A stretch of DNA of 64,000 bases, from assembly GCA_965242725.1 (NCBI GenBank), contig CBDESZ010000004.1:128001-192000 (forward strand), written 5' to 3'. The first letter of the stretch is position 1, and each line of letters starts with the position of its first letter. Positions 10,583 to 22,570 of this stretch are shown piece by piece. A program made the position numbers and the translations under genes. The DNA is from Alkalispirochaeta sp. (GTDB lineage Bacteria; Spirochaetota; Spirochaetia; DSM-27196; Alkalispirochaetaceae). Under the pieces are notes generated by a model. It was not told where the DNA came from. It did no database searches and worked only from the letters and a program-made list of their open reading frames with translations.

Positions 10583-11821
10583 ATGGACGGAAACAAACCC
10601 AAACACGTAGACATCGATTATTCCCTTGAGGCTGTTCCCCAGACGGCGCGAAAGGGATTCTGGTCCATATTTGTCATTATGCTCGGTTTTACCTATTTCT
10701 CCGCCAGCATGAGCGTCGGCGCCCGTCTGGGCAACGGTCTTGATTTTGCCGGTTTTCTCTGGGCGGTCATTATCGGCGGTACGATACTCGGTGCATATAC
10801 CGGTATTCTGGCGTATATCGGCAGCCATACGGGGTTGAGCCTGGACCTCCTCGCCCACCGCTCCTTTGGTTCCGTCGGTTCCTTTCTTCCTTCGGCACTT
10901 ATCAGTTTTACCCAGATCGGGTGGTTCGGAGTCGGTGTCGCCATGTTTGCCATACCAGTGGCGGAACTTATGAACGTCAGTCCCGTCGGACTGTTGATCC
11001 TGGCGGGCGTCCTCATGACCGGTTCCGCCTACTTCGGCATAAAGGGACTTGAGGTGGTGAGTTTCATTTCCGTGCCGCTCATCACCGTGCTTGGCGTCTA
11101 TTCCATGGTGGCGGCGACCGTTGAGGGTGGGGGCCTTTCCCGGATATTTGCCCAGTCCGCGGGAGAGATCACCGTCTTTGCCGGTGTGGGTATGGTCATC
11201 GGATCCTTTGTGAGCGGTGGTACCGCCACACCCAACTTTGTCCGTTTTGCCAAGTCCCACAAGATCGCCGTCATCACCACGGTGATCGCCTTCTTTCTCG
11301 GCAATACTCTGATGTTCGCCTTCGGCGCCGTCGGTGGTGCATTTACCGGTGCCGAGGATATTTTTTACGTCATGATTGCCCAGGGACTGGCGATTCCCGC
11401 CATCCTTGTTCTGGGTGCCAATATCTGGACCACCAACGACAACGCCCTGTATACCTCCGGTTTGGGGCTCTCCAACATCACCAAGATCCGCAAGCGCCCG
11501 ATGGTCCTTATCGCCGGCGTGGTCGGTACCGCAACGGCAATGTGGCTCTACTTCAACTTCATCGGATGGCTCAGCTTTCTCAACGCCACGCTGCCGCCGG
11601 TTGGCGCGATCATCGCCCTGGACTTCTTTATGCACCGCGATGAATACACAGGCGGTGAGATCTCCGACCGGAAGGTGAACTGGGGAGCCATAATCGGTGT
11701 TGTCGCCGGCGCGCTGGTAGGGAACTTCGTCTCCTTCGGCATCGCCGCAATCAACGCCATGGTCGTGGCAATAATCTGTTACTACGTCGCCGACAAACTC
11801 GTCTATCAAAAGAAAGGGTGA
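10583..11821 (+). CDS. codB: Cytosine permease (NCS1 family)
   Basis: TQIGWFGVGVAMFAIPV, NIWTTNDNALY; adjacent to codA. Confidence 0.93.
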   Translation: MDGNKPKHVDIDYSLEAVPQTARKGFWSIFVIMLGFTYFSASMSVGARLGNGLDFAGFLWAVIIGGTILGAYTGILAYIGSHTGLSLDLLAHRSFGSVGSFLPSALISFTQIGWFGVGVAMFAIPVAELMNVSPVGLLILAGVLMTGSAYFGIKGLEVVSFISVPLITVLGVYSMVAATVEGGGLSRIFAQSAGEITVFAGVGMVIGSFVSGGTATPNFVRFAKSHKIAVITTVIAFFLGNTLMFAFGAVGGAFTGAEDIFYVMIAQGLAIPAILVLGANIWTTNDNALYTSGLGLSNITKIRKRPMVLIAGVVGTATAMWLYFNFIGWLSFLNATLPPVGAIIALDFFMHRDEYTGGEISDRKVNWGAIIGVVAGALVGNFVSFGIAAINAMVVAIICYYVADKLVYQKKG

Positions 11822-11831
11822 GGCCGCGCGG

Positions 11832-13070
11832 ATGGTACTGAAGAACCTCTACATTGAAAACGTTGCGGAGGCGACGGATATTCGCATTACCGACGGCCGG
11901 TTTGAGACGATAGCCGCCGGTCTGACTGCGGCGAAAGGCGAGCAGGTTGTCGACTGCGGTGGCAAACTCGCCCTGCCGCCCTTCGTGGAATCCCACATTC
12001 ACCTGGACACCTGCCTTACCGCAGGTGATCCCGTGTGGAATATTTCGGGTACCCTCTTTGAAGGTATCGAGTGCTGGAGCAAGCGGAAACAGAAGCTCTC
12101 CAAGGCGGATGTGAAGGAGCGGGTCCACCGGGCGGTGCGCAAGCAGGCGGCAATGGGCGTACAGTACGTCAGGACCCATGTGGACGTCACCGATCCAACA
12201 CTGACCGCCATGGAAGCGATGATCGAACTGAGGGATGAGCTGAAGGACGTGACGACCATCCAAATCGTCGCCTTTCCCCAGGAAGGCATTCTCAGTTATC
12301 CGAAGGGACGGGAACTGACGGAAGAGGCGGTAAAGATGGGCGCCGACGCTGTCGGCGGCATACCCCACTTTGAGTTCACCCGGGAATACAGTGTGGAGTC
12401 CCTCAACATCGCCATGGGTCTCGCCCAGAAGTACGACAAGCTGGTGGATATTCACTGTGACGAAATCGACGACGAGGCGTCACGGGGCCTTGAAACGGTG
12501 GCCGCCCGGGCGTACGAGATGGAACTCTACGACCGCGTCACCGCCAGCCATACAACCGCGATGCACTCCTATAACAACGCCTACGTTCTGCGACTCATGC
12601 GCTTGCTCAAGATGAGCCGGATCAACTTCATCGCCAACCCCCTGGTGAATACCCATTTACAGGGGCGGGTGGACACCTATCCCAAACGGCGGGGCGTGAC
12701 CCGTGTGAAGGAACTGATGGCGGAGGGCATTAATGTCGCCTTTGGAAACGACGACATGTTTGATCCCTGGTACCCCATGGGCAACGGCGGGATGCGGGAC
12801 GTCGTCTTTCTCGGGCTGCACGTCACCCATCTCATGGGATATGAGGACATCATGAACTCCTACCGCTTTGTCACCACCAATGCCGCCAGAGCAATGCACC
12901 TCGACGACAGTGAGTACGGTATCAAGGTCGGTAATCCCGCGAGTCTCGTGGTTATCGATGCCGAGAACTATTACGACGCCCTCCGGGACAACGCGATGGT
13001 GCTCTATTCGTACCGGAACGGAAAGCTTCTCTTTCAAGGTTCCCCCGGGGAGAAGAAACTCCAGTTCTGA
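11832..13070 (+). CDS. codA: Cytosine deaminase
   Basis: PPFVESHIHLD, SGTLFEGIE, AFPQEGILSYP, HCDEIDD, DPWYP. Confidence 0.96.
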   Translation: MVLKNLYIENVAEATDIRITDGRFETIAAGLTAAKGEQVVDCGGKLALPPFVESHIHLDTCLTAGDPVWNISGTLFEGIECWSKRKQKLSKADVKERVHRAVRKQAAMGVQYVRTHVDVTDPTLTAMEAMIELRDELKDVTTIQIVAFPQEGILSYPKGRELTEEAVKMGADAVGGIPHFEFTREYSVESLNIAMGLAQKYDKLVDIHCDEIDDEASRGLETVAARAYEMELYDRVTASHTTAMHSYNNAYVLRLMRLLKMSRINFIANPLVNTHLQGRVDTYPKRRGVTRVKELMAEGINVAFGNDDMFDPWYPMGNGGMRDVVFLGLHVTHLMGYEDIMNSYRFVTTNAARAMHLDDSEYGIKVGNPASLVVIDAENYYDALRDNAMVLYSYRNGKLLFQGSPGEKKLQF

Positions 13071-13098
13071 CGATTGCCGGGTATGCGCTGCCGACATA

Positions 13099-13764
13099 TT
13101 ACTCCGTCGAGACAAATATGTGTGTGGCGATATCGTATCCCATCGTAAATCGATGACCGTTGCCGGGATGAGTGACTGAAACGATTCCCGCAACGGCATC
13201 GATGGTTTCCACGACAATTTCCTCGCCGGGGACGATATGGTTTCCCTTCATCAAATCCAGAAACTCCTTGTCATCCTTTGAAAGGCGAACGATCGTCACA
13301 ACCGTTCCCGTTTCGGCGTCCGGGAGCGGGCGGGAGGGAGCGCCGGAAAAGATTCCGGAGGGAGAGGGAATCGGATCGCCGTGGGGATCACTCCCGGGAT
13401 GACCGAGAAGACGGTCGATACGCTCCACAAAGAGATCGGAAACGGCGTGTTCCAGCTGTTCCGCCTCGTCATGCACCTCCGACCAGTCATACCCGAGGAT
13501 TTGCTCAAGAAAAGTTTCGATCAGCCGGTGGCGTCGGATGATCCGAACCGCCAGATCACGTCCCTTGTCGAGGAGTTCGACGCCGACGCGGGGCTGATAC
13601 CGGATGTATTCATTCCGGGCGAGGTGTTTCACCATGGTCGTCGCGGTACCGGGCGTCACCTCCATCGCTTCGGCGAGCCGTTTCATCTGGACAACGTCGC
13701 CGATGCCCTTTTGCTGTTCCTGATAGATCACTTTTATGTATTGTTCGACCGTACTCGTTGCCAT
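13099..13764 (-). CDS. DtxR/MntR family metal-dependent regulator with FeoA-like C-terminus
   Basis: RRHRLIETFL, VHDEAEQLEHAVS, DPHGDPIP. Confidence 0.93.
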   Translation of the reverse strand: MATSTVEQYIKVIYQEQQKGIGDVVQMKRLAEAMEVTPGTATTMVKHLARNEYIRYQPRVGVELLDKGRDLAVRIIRRHRLIETFLEQILGYDWSEVHDEAEQLEHAVSDLFVERIDRLLGHPGSDPHGDPIPSPSGIFSGAPSRPLPDAETGTVVTIVRLSKDDKEFLDLMKGNHIVPGEEIVVETIDAVAGIVSVTHPGNGHRFTMGYDIATHIFVSTE

Positions 13765-13919
13765 TGAAGAACCTTTCGTTCCGTGAAGGATGACGCGCGT
13801 GGACCGATAGTCAGGGTACTATAAATGGAAACGCAGGGGAACGTCGGGGCGGCGCGCCCGTCGGATGGAGAGTTCCGGACGGTTAACAGAGCTGCTGCCG
13901 ACGGATATAGTTCAACTTT

Positions 13920-14507
13920 GTGGAGGACCTTGTGTTTGATACGTGGAAAAACGAGCCCGATTCATTTGTACACGACGGCAATACGGTGACGATCACGGCA
14001 GCGGGCGGGACGGATTACTTTAATGACCCCGCATCGGATGTGCGAAAGGCGAGTGCCCCCGTTCTGTACCGCGAAGTTGACGGTGATTTTACCGTTGAGG
14101 GACGCGTCGCCCCCGCCTTCGGTGCCACCTATGATGCGGGGGCGATTGTCTTTTACTGCACCGACGATGTGTGGGCCAAACTTGCCTTTGAGCAGACCGA
14201 TCTGGGGAGTACCTCCGTCGTGACGGTGGTAACCAACGGCCTGAGCGATGACGCCAACGGAGAAGTGGTTGACGGGGACGCGGTCCATCTCAAGATGTCC
14301 CGTCGCGGTGATGTACTGGGTCTCTATTACTCTCTCGACGGCAGGGGATGGCGCATGGTACGTCTGCTGGCGCTGCCGGTACCCCCGGGGGCGACGGCGA
14401 ACGTCGGGATTTCCGCCCAGAGCCCGACCGGTTCGGGCTGTACCGTGACTTTTTCGGAGCTTGCATTCGCTAAACGCGCCGTTACGGAGATGCGCGGCGG
14501 AGTTTGA
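13920..14507 (+). CDS. DUF1349 family protein
   Basis: TDYFNDP, WAKLAFE, VVTNGLSDDAN, AQSPTGSG. Confidence 0.85.
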   Translation: MEDLVFDTWKNEPDSFVHDGNTVTITAAGGTDYFNDPASDVRKASAPVLYREVDGDFTVEGRVAPAFGATYDAGAIVFYCTDDVWAKLAFEQTDLGSTSVVTVVTNGLSDDANGEVVDGDAVHLKMSRRGDVLGLYYSLDGRGWRMVRLLALPVPPGATANVGISAQSPTGSGCTVTFSELAFAKRAVTEMRGGV

Positions 14508-14585
14508 GCCGCGGAGTATGAGCCGCGGATTATTTGCGGGCGCGCGGGGGCCTGCCTGAACGAAAGGTGCACTTCCCGAGGCGGA

Positions 14586-16295
14586 TCATGAGTCGGCCCG
14601 ACGTGCCCGGTCCCGGCCCGACTGTTTTGCCGCATATAATGCCCGATCAGCCCGTTCCTGCAGCATTGCAAGCGTATCGGTCGGTCCCGCTTCGGCAACT
14701 CCCACGCTTGCGGTGACGCTGCCGGCGGCGCCGAAGGAAGTTTGCCGTATCTCCGTAAGGAGACGCCGGGCAAAGGCCATCGCCTCGTCTCCGGAACTCT
14801 GTCCGAGAAGAATTGCAAACTCTTCGCCTCCCCAGCGGCAGGGTACGTCGCTCTGCCTGCTCGATCCGGACAGAATGGTGCCGAACGACTTCAGAACTTC
14901 GTCGCCCACGGCGTGCCCGTGGCGGTCATTTACTTGTTTGAAGTGGTCTATATCGATCATGAGCAAGCTCACGGCGGCACCTGTTCGTCCCCGCGCCCGA
15001 ATGGCGTAGGTTCCGAGCCGCTCAAAGTGCCGGCGGTTGGGAAGTCCGGTGAGATAGTCCGTGTCGGCCCGTTTGGCGTCGGTGACATCCCGTACGGCGA
15101 TGTAACACCCGGCGAGACTTCCGTCAGACTGGAAGTGGGGTTCGAGATTTCCGCGAAAGCGCCGATTCTCGTTGTCGTCGTCCTTCACGTCAACTTCAAA
15201 ACTGACGCTCTCCCCTGAAAGCGCTGCCTCCAGATAGGGACGCATTTGATCATATGTGTCCGGCTGTATCAGCTCGTGGACATACTTGCCGCGGATTTCG
15301 GAGAGGGGACGTCGAAAGAGCTTCTCATGGGCGCTGTTCGCCTCCACATATCGCTGGTTTCGGTCAAGGTAGCCGATGACTATCGGCGTCGCGTCGAGGA
15401 CGGTCCGGCGTTTCCTAATCTCCTCGTCGAACGCTGCCGCGTCGAAGAGCGCCGCCGCGAGAATACTTGAGGAAAGCTCCAGGAGTCGGGCATCGTCGAA
15501 GGAAAAATGCCGCGGCCGGGATGAATACACCTTGAGCACTCCGTAGCAGCGTCCCTGATGCACAAGTGGCGCGAGCACTCCCGATCGCATTCCGACCCGT
15601 CGTGTCGCTTCCCTGTTGACCCGGGCGTCCGTGTCGGTATCATCACACATGAGCGTCTCCCCGGTGGAGAAACTGAGACCGGATATGCTCCCTTCTATCG
15701 GCAGGCGCAGTCCCTCCTGACCGGCGGCGTTTCCGACGGCTGCCCGATAGACCATATCGGAACCTTCCGGCTCCTCTACAACCGCCGCTTCCGCGTCGGT
15801 GAGACGGCGAGCCTCTTCCGCAACCCGTTGCCTCAGGTCGTCGAGATCCAGCCCCGCTGCGGCCACCTCCTGCCAGACGTTGTGGAGAAGGGCGAGCTGC
15901 TCGCTCTGCTTCTTCAGCCTGATCTGCTCCGTGATGTCTTGAAGTGTCACGATGACGTAACGGCGGTCCCGGGACGACGGGGAAAAGGCGGTGATTTTCC
16001 AGCGTACCTCGATAGGGGTTCCGTTCTTCCGGAAGTTTGTCATATGTGTGACGACGGGGTTCCCCGTCCGTATGGCCGAATGGATCGCCCTTGTCGTCTC
16101 ATGTTCCGATCCGGCTTCAAGGATGGACAGCGAGGTACCTGCTACATCGGTCATGTCATAGCCGGTCATCTCTTCAAAAGCGCCGTTGACAAACATGATC
16201 TGCAGGTCCCGGCCATCTGTTCCGGCATCGACGACGACGACGGCCTCGGATATTGCGGCGGTAATCGCTGAAAAAAGTTCGGCGGACAGGGTCAT
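14586..16295 (-). CDS. PAS-GAF-PAS diguanylate cyclase
   Basis: DYLTGLPNRR, DIDHFKQVNDRHGHAVGDEVL, I-site RQSD, GGEEF; start at ATG 16295 is uncertain. Confidence 0.92.
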   Translation of the reverse strand: MTLSAELFSAITAAISEAVVVVDAGTDGRDLQIMFVNGAFEEMTGYDMTDVAGTSLSILEAGSEHETTRAIHSAIRTGNPVVTHMTNFRKNGTPIEVRWKITAFSPSSRDRRYVIVTLQDITEQIRLKKQSEQLALLHNVWQEVAAAGLDLDDLRQRVAEEARRLTDAEAAVVEEPEGSDMVYRAAVGNAAGQEGLRLPIEGSISGLSFSTGETLMCDDTDTDARVNREATRRVGMRSGVLAPLVHQGRCYGVLKVYSSRPRHFSFDDARLLELSSSILAAALFDAAAFDEEIRKRRTVLDATPIVIGYLDRNQRYVEANSAHEKLFRRPLSEIRGKYVHELIQPDTYDQMRPYLEAALSGESVSFEVDVKDDDNENRRFRGNLEPHFQSDGSLAGCYIAVRDVTDAKRADTDYLTGLPNRRHFERLGTYAIRARGRTGAAVSLLMIDIDHFKQVNDRHGHAVGDEVLKSFGTILSGSSRQSDVPCRWGGEEFAILLGQSSGDEAMAFARRLLTEIRQTSFGAAGSVTASVGVAEAGPTDTLAMLQERADRALYAAKQSGRDRARRADS

Positions 16296-16464
16296 TTCAA
16301 GAATCAAAGATACTGACCGGGACAAATTGGAGCAAGGATATGGAGATTTTTTATGTAATGAAGTCTTCCAAGCCATCTAAATATCTTCGAATCAGTCATA
16401 TATAACCGTGACATCCGCGGGGACGACTAGTATGTTTGAACCGAACGGTACGCGGGAGGTATCT

Positions 16465-18564
16465 ATGAACAGACACCTGGCAACGAAAATTCTCATACCG
16501 ACATTGCTTATTATTCTCCTCGGCATGGGTGCCCTCGGTTTTTTCAGTTTTCGAGGTACCCACAATCGCCTGCAACGTGATGTGGTACCCAGTCTCATAC
16601 GCGCCCTGGCGGGGGATTCCAAAGCCTTTGTGGAGGGAGAGATTGCCGCCGCCGTGGAAACGAGCAGACTCCTGGCGAGAGATCCCGCCGTAGAAGCGTG
16701 GTTTCGCGCCGGCGAACCGGAAAACGATTTGCATGAGGTGGTTCTCCAGCGCCTGGACCGGCTTACGACCGATGCCGACTATTTTCACGCCTTTCTCGTG
16801 AGTGCCCAAAACGGTAACTACTGGGCGGAGCGCCGGCAGCTTCTTGACGTGGTCAGCGAGGATGATCCCGAAGACAGCTGGTTCTTTGACGCCATGGAGA
16901 TGCCGGGGGAGTACGTTCTCAATCTCGACTACAACCCCGAGCTCGATGAGACGCTCCTCTTCGTAAACGTTCCGATCGTCCTGGATGGTACACGCGTGGG
17001 TGTCACCGGTGTCGGGCTGGAGTTGTCCGGAGTCGTCCCCACGGAAGCCGCCGTTGCGGGAGGAGACCTCTTTCTTGTTGACGGCGACGGATTCATCCTC
17101 GCCTCCACCCGGGACGGTGCGGAAGGTTCACTCCTCCTTGACTCTGTTTCCGGCCTCGATCTGAAGACGCTGCAAAGCGAGCAGGTTGTACCCGCGGACG
17201 TCTCCGGTCTTGAAGAGGAGGAGGGCACACGGGAGATGTTTATTGCCGGACGACAGGTCCTCGACACATCCTACTATTTTGTCGCCTCGGTTCCCACGTC
17301 CCTCATGGAAGATACGATCCGTCAGATCAGAAATGCAACATTTCTCATCGCCCTCATTGTCGTGGGTGCCGCAGCGGCGATCCTGTGGTTTCTCATCGGT
17401 TTTTCAATTCGGGGTGTCCTTCAGGTTTCACAGCAACTGGAAGAGATCGCCTCGGGAGAAGCGAATCTCACCCGACAAATCGAAACGCAGAGCCGCGATG
17501 AAGTGGGGCTCCTGGCGTCCCGCTTCAACAGTTTTGTCCAGTCACTCGGTGGACTCGTGGACGGGGTGAAGCAGGACACCGTGGATGTATCCAATGAGAA
17601 GGACACAATCGTCGGCAGTGCGACGGAAACCGCCGCGTCGGTGAACGAAATCGCCAGTAATATCGGTTCCGTCGCTCAGTCCGTGGACCGTCTTCATGTC
17701 TCCATTGAAGAGAGCGTGGACAAGGCGGAGCAGATCCGTACGGCGATTTCCGTAATGGATGAGCAGATCAACAATCAGGTAAGCGCCATAGAGGAGACCT
17801 CCGCCTCGGTGGAAGAGATGAACGCCCAGTCCCAGAGCATTCAGAACACCGCCTCCCGCCGCATCCAGGAGGTGCGGGACCTCTCGGCGGCAGTCGGTAA
17901 GAGCGGCGGCGATATAGACAATATCAACGCCACCGTACGGGACCTCGCGTCCCGGGCCGACGAGATGCTGGAGGCGACGGCAGTGATCGACGGTATCGCC
18001 GCCCAGACCAATCTGTTGTCCATGAATGCAGCGATCGAGGCGGCCCACGCCGGTGAGGCGGGGAGGGGTTTTGCCGTCGTCGCCGAGGAGATTCGCAAAC
18101 TTGCGGAAAACTCCGGCGAGAACGCCCGGGTCATTCAGGAAAGCCTCAAGGGCAGTGTTGACCGGATTCACACCCTGAATACCGCGTTCGGCGAAATGGA
18201 ACAGACCTTTGGAGACGTGGCGCGCGGTACCGACGGTACCCGCGCAGCCTTTGAGGAGATTGAGTCAACGGTGACGGAACTGTCTACCGGCATGAGGGAG
18301 GTGACCTCCGCGGTTGTCTCCCTGCGCGACGCCATCGCCGCAATCAACGAGAAATCCCGGGAGGTCAATGGACTGACCGATTCAATAATCGATTCCAATC
18401 GCATGAACAACACCATAGGGTCCGAGGTCCGGGGTGCCGTGCGTGAAATTGAGACGGGTGCCGGTCAGATCAATCAGGCGATGAACGGCCTCAACGACAG
18501 CCTGACTATCCTGGGAGAACGGATCAACGGTATCCGGGAACGAATGGAAATATTCAAGACGTAG
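16465..18564 (+). CDS. Methyl-accepting chemotaxis protein (TM-Cache-like-TM-HAMP-MA)
   Basis: [41 protein letters not shown] before ATG 16465. Confidence 0.95.
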   Translation: MNRHLATKILIPTLLIILLGMGALGFFSFRGTHNRLQRDVVPSLIRALAGDSKAFVEGEIAAAVETSRLLARDPAVEAWFRAGEPENDLHEVVLQRLDRLTTDADYFHAFLVSAQNGNYWAERRQLLDVVSEDDPEDSWFFDAMEMPGEYVLNLDYNPELDETLLFVNVPIVLDGTRVGVTGVGLELSGVVPTEAAVAGGDLFLVDGDGFILASTRDGAEGSLLLDSVSGLDLKTLQSEQVVPADVSGLEEEEGTREMFIAGRQVLDTSYYFVASVPTSLMEDTIRQIRNATFLIALIVVGAAAAILWFLIGFSIRGVLQVSQQLEEIASGEANLTRQIETQSRDEVGLLASRFNSFVQSLGGLVDGVKQDTVDVSNEKDTIVGSATETAASVNEIASNIGSVAQSVDRLHVSIEESVDKAEQIRTAISVMDEQINNQVSAIEETSASVEEMNAQSQSIQNTASRRIQEVRDLSAAVGKSGGDIDNINATVRDLASRADEMLEATAVIDGIAAQTNLLSMNAAIEAAHAGEAGRGFAVVAEEIRKLAENSGENARVIQESLKGSVDRIHTLNTAFGEMEQTFGDVARGTDGTRAAFEEIESTVTELSTGMREVTSAVVSLRDAIAAINEKSREVNGLTDSIIDSNRMNNTIGSEVRGAVREIETGAGQINQAMNGLNDSLTILGERINGIRERMEIFKT

Positions 18565-19891
18565 ATTCCGGTCCCGTCGGGTGATCGGCACGGAACCGAC
18601 GGAGACGGTCCGCAAGGACCGGTGCCTGATCATATGAAAAGCGGCTCACACACGCCCGCAGCCCTTCCGGGTGGGCGCTTCCCGTTATGGCAAGACCCAT
18701 TGCGCTGATACCGTAGTAGAGAAGTTCCTTCATCAGGGAGTCCCCGTCCATACCGGGATAGGAAATGGTGAAAAAGAAGCCGTCCGCCACAGCCTGGTCC
18801 CGGTCGTGGTCGTAGACAATGCGAAAGCCGTTGTCGGTGAAGAGCTCTTTCATGATCGCCGCACGACGACCGTACTCTCTGGTGACGGCGACAAAGTTCA
18901 TCTCTCCGTCATTGGCCGCCTTGAGCATCGCCGCCACCGCGTATTGCGCCGAATGTCCCGTCCCGGCGGAAAGGGCGTAAAGCGCCCCGTACACGAGGGC
19001 ACGACCAAAGCGGTCAGTGTTGTAGTAGCGCAGGAGATCGGGATAGCTCCGGTCAAAGAGCGCGTCGGAGACGAGGAGCAGCCCCAAACGTTCACCGGCG
19101 TAACTGAACATCTTTGACGTCGAAATGAGGAGAACCCAGTTGTCGGTATAACGGGCGACCGTCGGCTGGTACGGTGCCGTCCCCGGTCGGGAGTAATCCT
19201 TCCGGAAATCCATTCCCAGGTACGCGAGATCCTCTATGACGGTCACGTCATATCTCGACGCAAGTTCCCCGATGATACGGAGCTCCTCCTCGTCGAGACA
19301 CATCCAGGAAGGGTTGTTGGGGTTGGAATAGAGGATTGAAGAGATGAGCCCCTCCCTGAGATGCCGTTCCAACTCACCCCGCAGACGCTCACCGCGAAAC
19401 TCTGAAATATCGAAGGAATCATACTCATGGCCGAGAATGGTGCATTGCTGCTTCTGGACGGGAAAGCCGGGGTCGAGAAAGAGCGTCCCCTTGCGGGTAC
19501 GGTCGTTCCGGTTTGCGACCATGAAGGTTGCAAAGGCGCCCTGCATCGCGCCTACGACGGGGATGCATCCGGCGGGTTTAATCGAAATGTCGAGAAAGAG
19601 GCGGGCGAACCGGGCCGTTTCCTCCTTCAGCGCGGGAAGTCCGTCTATGACTGGATACTGGGCGCTTACTCCCCGAGAGAGCGCCTCGATCTGTGCCGCC
19701 GGGCCGAGAGCGGGGGAGGATAGGCCGGGTACACCCATTTCCATACGAATGAAGGTTTGTCCCGACTCCGCTTCTATCTGTGAGACGAGCTGAACGATTT
19801 CCCGTATGGAGCTCCTGCCGAGGGGGCCGATGCCGTTGGTTTTGAGGCAGCTGTCCACAACCGTGCGGGTGATCGGTGTTTCATGGTTCAT
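18554..19891 (-). CDS. PLP-dependent aminotransferase class I/II
   Basis: SNPNNP, IEDLAY, PLP lysine in [17 protein letters not shown] before ATG 19891. Confidence 0.9.
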   Translation of the reverse strand: MNHETPITRTVVDSCLKTNGIGPLGRSSIREIVQLVSQIEAESGQTFIRMEMGVPGLSSPALGPAAQIEALSRGVSAQYPVIDGLPALKEETARFARLFLDISIKPAGCIPVVGAMQGAFATFMVANRNDRTRKGTLFLDPGFPVQKQQCTILGHEYDSFDISEFRGERLRGELERHLREGLISSILYSNPNNPSWMCLDEEELRIIGELASRYDVTVIEDLAYLGMDFRKDYSRPGTAPYQPTVARYTDNWVLLISTSKMFSYAGERLGLLLVSDALFDRSYPDLLRYYNTDRFGRALVYGALYALSAGTGHSAQYAVAAMLKAANDGEMNFVAVTREYGRRAAIMKELFTDNGFRIVYDHDRDQAVADGFFFTISYPGMDGDSLMKELLYYGISAMGLAITGSAHPEGLRACVSRFSYDQAPVLADRLRRFRADHPTGPESTS

Positions 19892-21989
19892 TGTGCACCT
19901 CCGGGGTGATACGAATGCGTGCATCCACCACCAGGAGACCCGTTTCGGTGGCGATGAGGGGGTTGAGATCGAGCTCCGCTATCTCCGGTACGGCGGTGAC
20001 GAGGCGGGAGAGGGCGGTGAGCGTGCGGGCAAGCTCCTCCTCGTCGGCACCGGCGCGGCCCCGTGCCCCCGCGATCACCGGGTATCCCCGGAGTGAGCGG
20101 ATCATCGTGAGTGCTTCCGTCAAATCGAGGGGGACGAGGCCGGCGGCATAGTCTTTGAGGGTTTCCACAAAGATTCCGCCCAGCCCCGTCATAATGAGAT
20201 GTCCGAAGGCGCCTTCCCTACTGACTCCCGCAAAGAGTTCCAGGCCCGACGCCATCGGCTGAAGGAGAACCGCCGTGGCGTCGGGGATCGCCATGATACG
20301 TCGAAACTCTCGTCGCACCGTTTCTTCACTCGCAACGTTGAGGGCAACTCCTCCGACGTCGCTCTTGTGGAGAGGTCCGACCACCTTCATCACCACCGGA
20401 AATCCAAGCCCTGCGGCTGCCGCGACCGCGCCGTCTTCCGATACGGCGATCTCTTCCGGGACTCTCCGAATTCCCGCTGCGTCCAGGAGCGCCTGCTGCC
20501 GTTCCGGCGGGAGGTATCCTTCCGCAGACTCGCCGTCAGGTGCGTCAAGCCCGGCTATACGACGGAGTTTTTGTACCTCGCCGCCCGCCTGGGTTCCCGT
20601 CGGGGTGGCCACCGGCGCGACGCCCTCCGGGAAAGGACCGAGGGTCCCGTACACCCGACCAAAAGCGCGACCGAAAATGACCTCATCGGGGAATGCCACA
20701 AGGCCCGCTTCCGTAAACTCGGCGATCTCCCGCCCGGCGTTTACCACCGACGGGAGGATCGGATAGATCGGCTTGCCGCCGCGCTGCATCCGGTCGCGGA
20801 GAACCGCATAGGCGTCGTCCACCGGAAAGAGGCCGGGACTGCCGAATATCACAACCACCGCATCGATGTTGTCAAAGTCCCGTTCACAGGCATCGAGAAT
20901 GGCGCCGAGCTGTTCCGCCGTGCCGGTGGCGAGGAAGTCTATGGGGTTGGCGACGGAACTTCCCGGATGGAGCTGCTCCTTCAGACGTTCCGCCGCGGGA
21001 CCCGAGATTGGGGGCACCTCGAGGCCGCCCTCGCTGAGGGTATCCGTGAGCATCACCGCCGGGCCGCCGGCGTGGGTGACGACGGCGATCCTCCCGCCCG
21101 GCAGGGGGGGCAGGCTGAATATTGCGCCGATGGTTGCGAGCTCTTCCCGTCCGTAACACCGTACGATACCGGCCTTGCGGAAGAGGGCGTCCACGGCGAC
21201 GTCGGACCCCGCCATTGCGCCGGTGTGGGAGCTGGCGGCGCGGCTGCCCGCATCGGAAGTGCCCGCCTTGATCGCGGCGATACGACACCCTTTGGTGACG
21301 AGCGAACGAGCGTGGCGCAGCAGTTTTACCGGGCGGGCGATATTTTCGATGTAGAGGAGTTTGGGGTTGGGCACGCCCGGCTCGCCGTCCAGGTACTCCA
21401 GGACCTCCTCGACGCCGATTTGGGCGCTGTTGCCGACGGAGAAGAGACGGGAAAAGTGCAGCCCCTTTGCCGCCGCCGCTTCCATGATGAAGACCGCCGT
21501 CGCGCCGGAGCCGGAAATGAGGTCGCACCCTTCCCGATCCAGGTGGGGAATGGGGGTGGTGAAGACGCCGTTGTAGGACGGAGTGAGGACGCCGATACAG
21601 TTGGGCCCGATCAGCGACGCCCCCGCCTCTTCCACGAGGGCTGCGAGCTCCTGCTCCAACGCGGCGCCCGCTTCACCCTCCTCGCTGAAACCGGCGGAAA
21701 GGACGATAAAGGCGGAGGTCTCCTTCTCGCGGATCAGGATACGCACCGCTTCGACGCACGCCGCCGCGGGAATCGCGAGGATTGCGAGATCGACCGGCGG
21801 GAGATCCGCCACCGTCGCATAGGCGGGAAGACCCTGCACCTCCTCCTCCCGGGGATTTACCGGGTAGATGGGGCCGGAAAATTGTCCCGTAAGGAGGTTG
21901 AAAAGCACCTTGCCGCCGGGCTTCCGGGTGTCTTTGGAGGCGCCGATGACGGCGATCGATTTCGGATTTATGAGCGTCCCGGTGATCAT
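19881..21989 (-). CDS. ADP-forming acyl-CoA synthetase (fused alpha-beta)
   Basis: PKSIAVIGAS, IGPNCIG, AASSHTGAMAG, NPIDFL, HKSDVGGV, LDLNPL. Confidence 0.94.
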   Translation of the reverse strand: MITGTLINPKSIAVIGASKDTRKPGGKVLFNLLTGQFSGPIYPVNPREEEVQGLPAYATVADLPPVDLAILAIPAAACVEAVRILIREKETSAFIVLSAGFSEEGEAGAALEQELAALVEEAGASLIGPNCIGVLTPSYNGVFTTPIPHLDREGCDLISGSGATAVFIMEAAAAKGLHFSRLFSVGNSAQIGVEEVLEYLDGEPGVPNPKLLYIENIARPVKLLRHARSLVTKGCRIAAIKAGTSDAGSRAASSHTGAMAGSDVAVDALFRKAGIVRCYGREELATIGAIFSLPPLPGGRIAVVTHAGGPAVMLTDTLSEGGLEVPPISGPAAERLKEQLHPGSSVANPIDFLATGTAEQLGAILDACERDFDNIDAVVVIFGSPGLFPVDDAYAVLRDRMQRGGKPIYPILPSVVNAGREIAEFTEAGLVAFPDEVIFGRAFGRVYGTLGPFPEGVAPVATPTGTQAGGEVQKLRRIAGLDAPDGESAEGYLPPERQQALLDAAGIRRVPEEIAVSEDGAVAAAAGLGFPVVMKVVGPLHKSDVGGVALNVASEETVRREFRRIMAIPDATAVLLQPMASGLELFAGVSREGAFGHLIMTGLGGIFVETLKDYAAGLVPLDLTEALTMIRSLRGYPVIAGARGRAGADEEELARTLTALSRLVTAVPEIAELDLNPLIATETGLLVVDARIRITPEVHNEP

Positions 21990-22570
21990 GACACACGACT
22001 CCGGGCGTAGTCCCGTCCCGCCTCGAGGGCGGCGATATTGGCCGCCACCACCTCGTGACCCTTGCGCTCAAAGACGCGTTCCACACCGACGGCGAGGGCT
22101 TCAAAGGGGAGCTCCAGGTACGGTGACGCTGCCCCCGCCATGACCATGTTCATGGCCAGACGATTCTTCAGCTGCCGGGCTATGGCATCGGCATCAACGG
22201 TGAGGCTCCGCGGTAACGCTTCGATTTCGTCTAGAATTTCTGATACCGGAGGGTAGGACGAAATGTTGTCGAAGGGCGTGATGTTGGTCACCAGCCAGCC
22301 CGTGGCGGAGAGGTAGGAGACGTAGCGCAGGCTTTCCAGGGGTTCCACGGAGAGGACGATCTCGGCGCCGCCGAGGGGCACGAGGTCACTGTGGATGGGC
22401 CGGTCGGAGATGCGCATATGGGACTGGACGGCACCGCCGCGCTGGCTCATGCCGTGAACCTCCGCCTGCTTGAGATGGAGACCGCTGTGGAGCGCCGCGT
22501 GGCCGAGGACGGCGGCGATGGAGAGAATGCCTTGTCCGCCGACTCCGGCGAGGATGATGTCGAGTTTCAT
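21986..22570 (-). CDS. iorB: Indolepyruvate:ferredoxin oxidoreductase beta subunit
   Basis: GVGGQGIL, EVHGMSQRGGAVQSH; ATG 22570 overlaps the iorA stop. Confidence 0.93.
   Translation of the reverse strand: MKLDIILAGVGGQGILSIAAVLGHAALHSGLHLKQAEVHGMSQRGGAVQSHMRISDRPIHSDLVPLGGAEIVLSVEPLESLRYVSYLSATGWLVTNITPFDNISSYPPVSEILDEIEALPRSLTVDADAIARQLKNRLAMNMVMAGAASPYLELPFEALAVGVERVFERKGHEVVAANIAALEAGRDYARSRVS

Noticed and set aside
10556..11809. 417-aa minus-strand ORF
   Set aside because: Antisense shadow of codB, expected from GC-rich codon bias.
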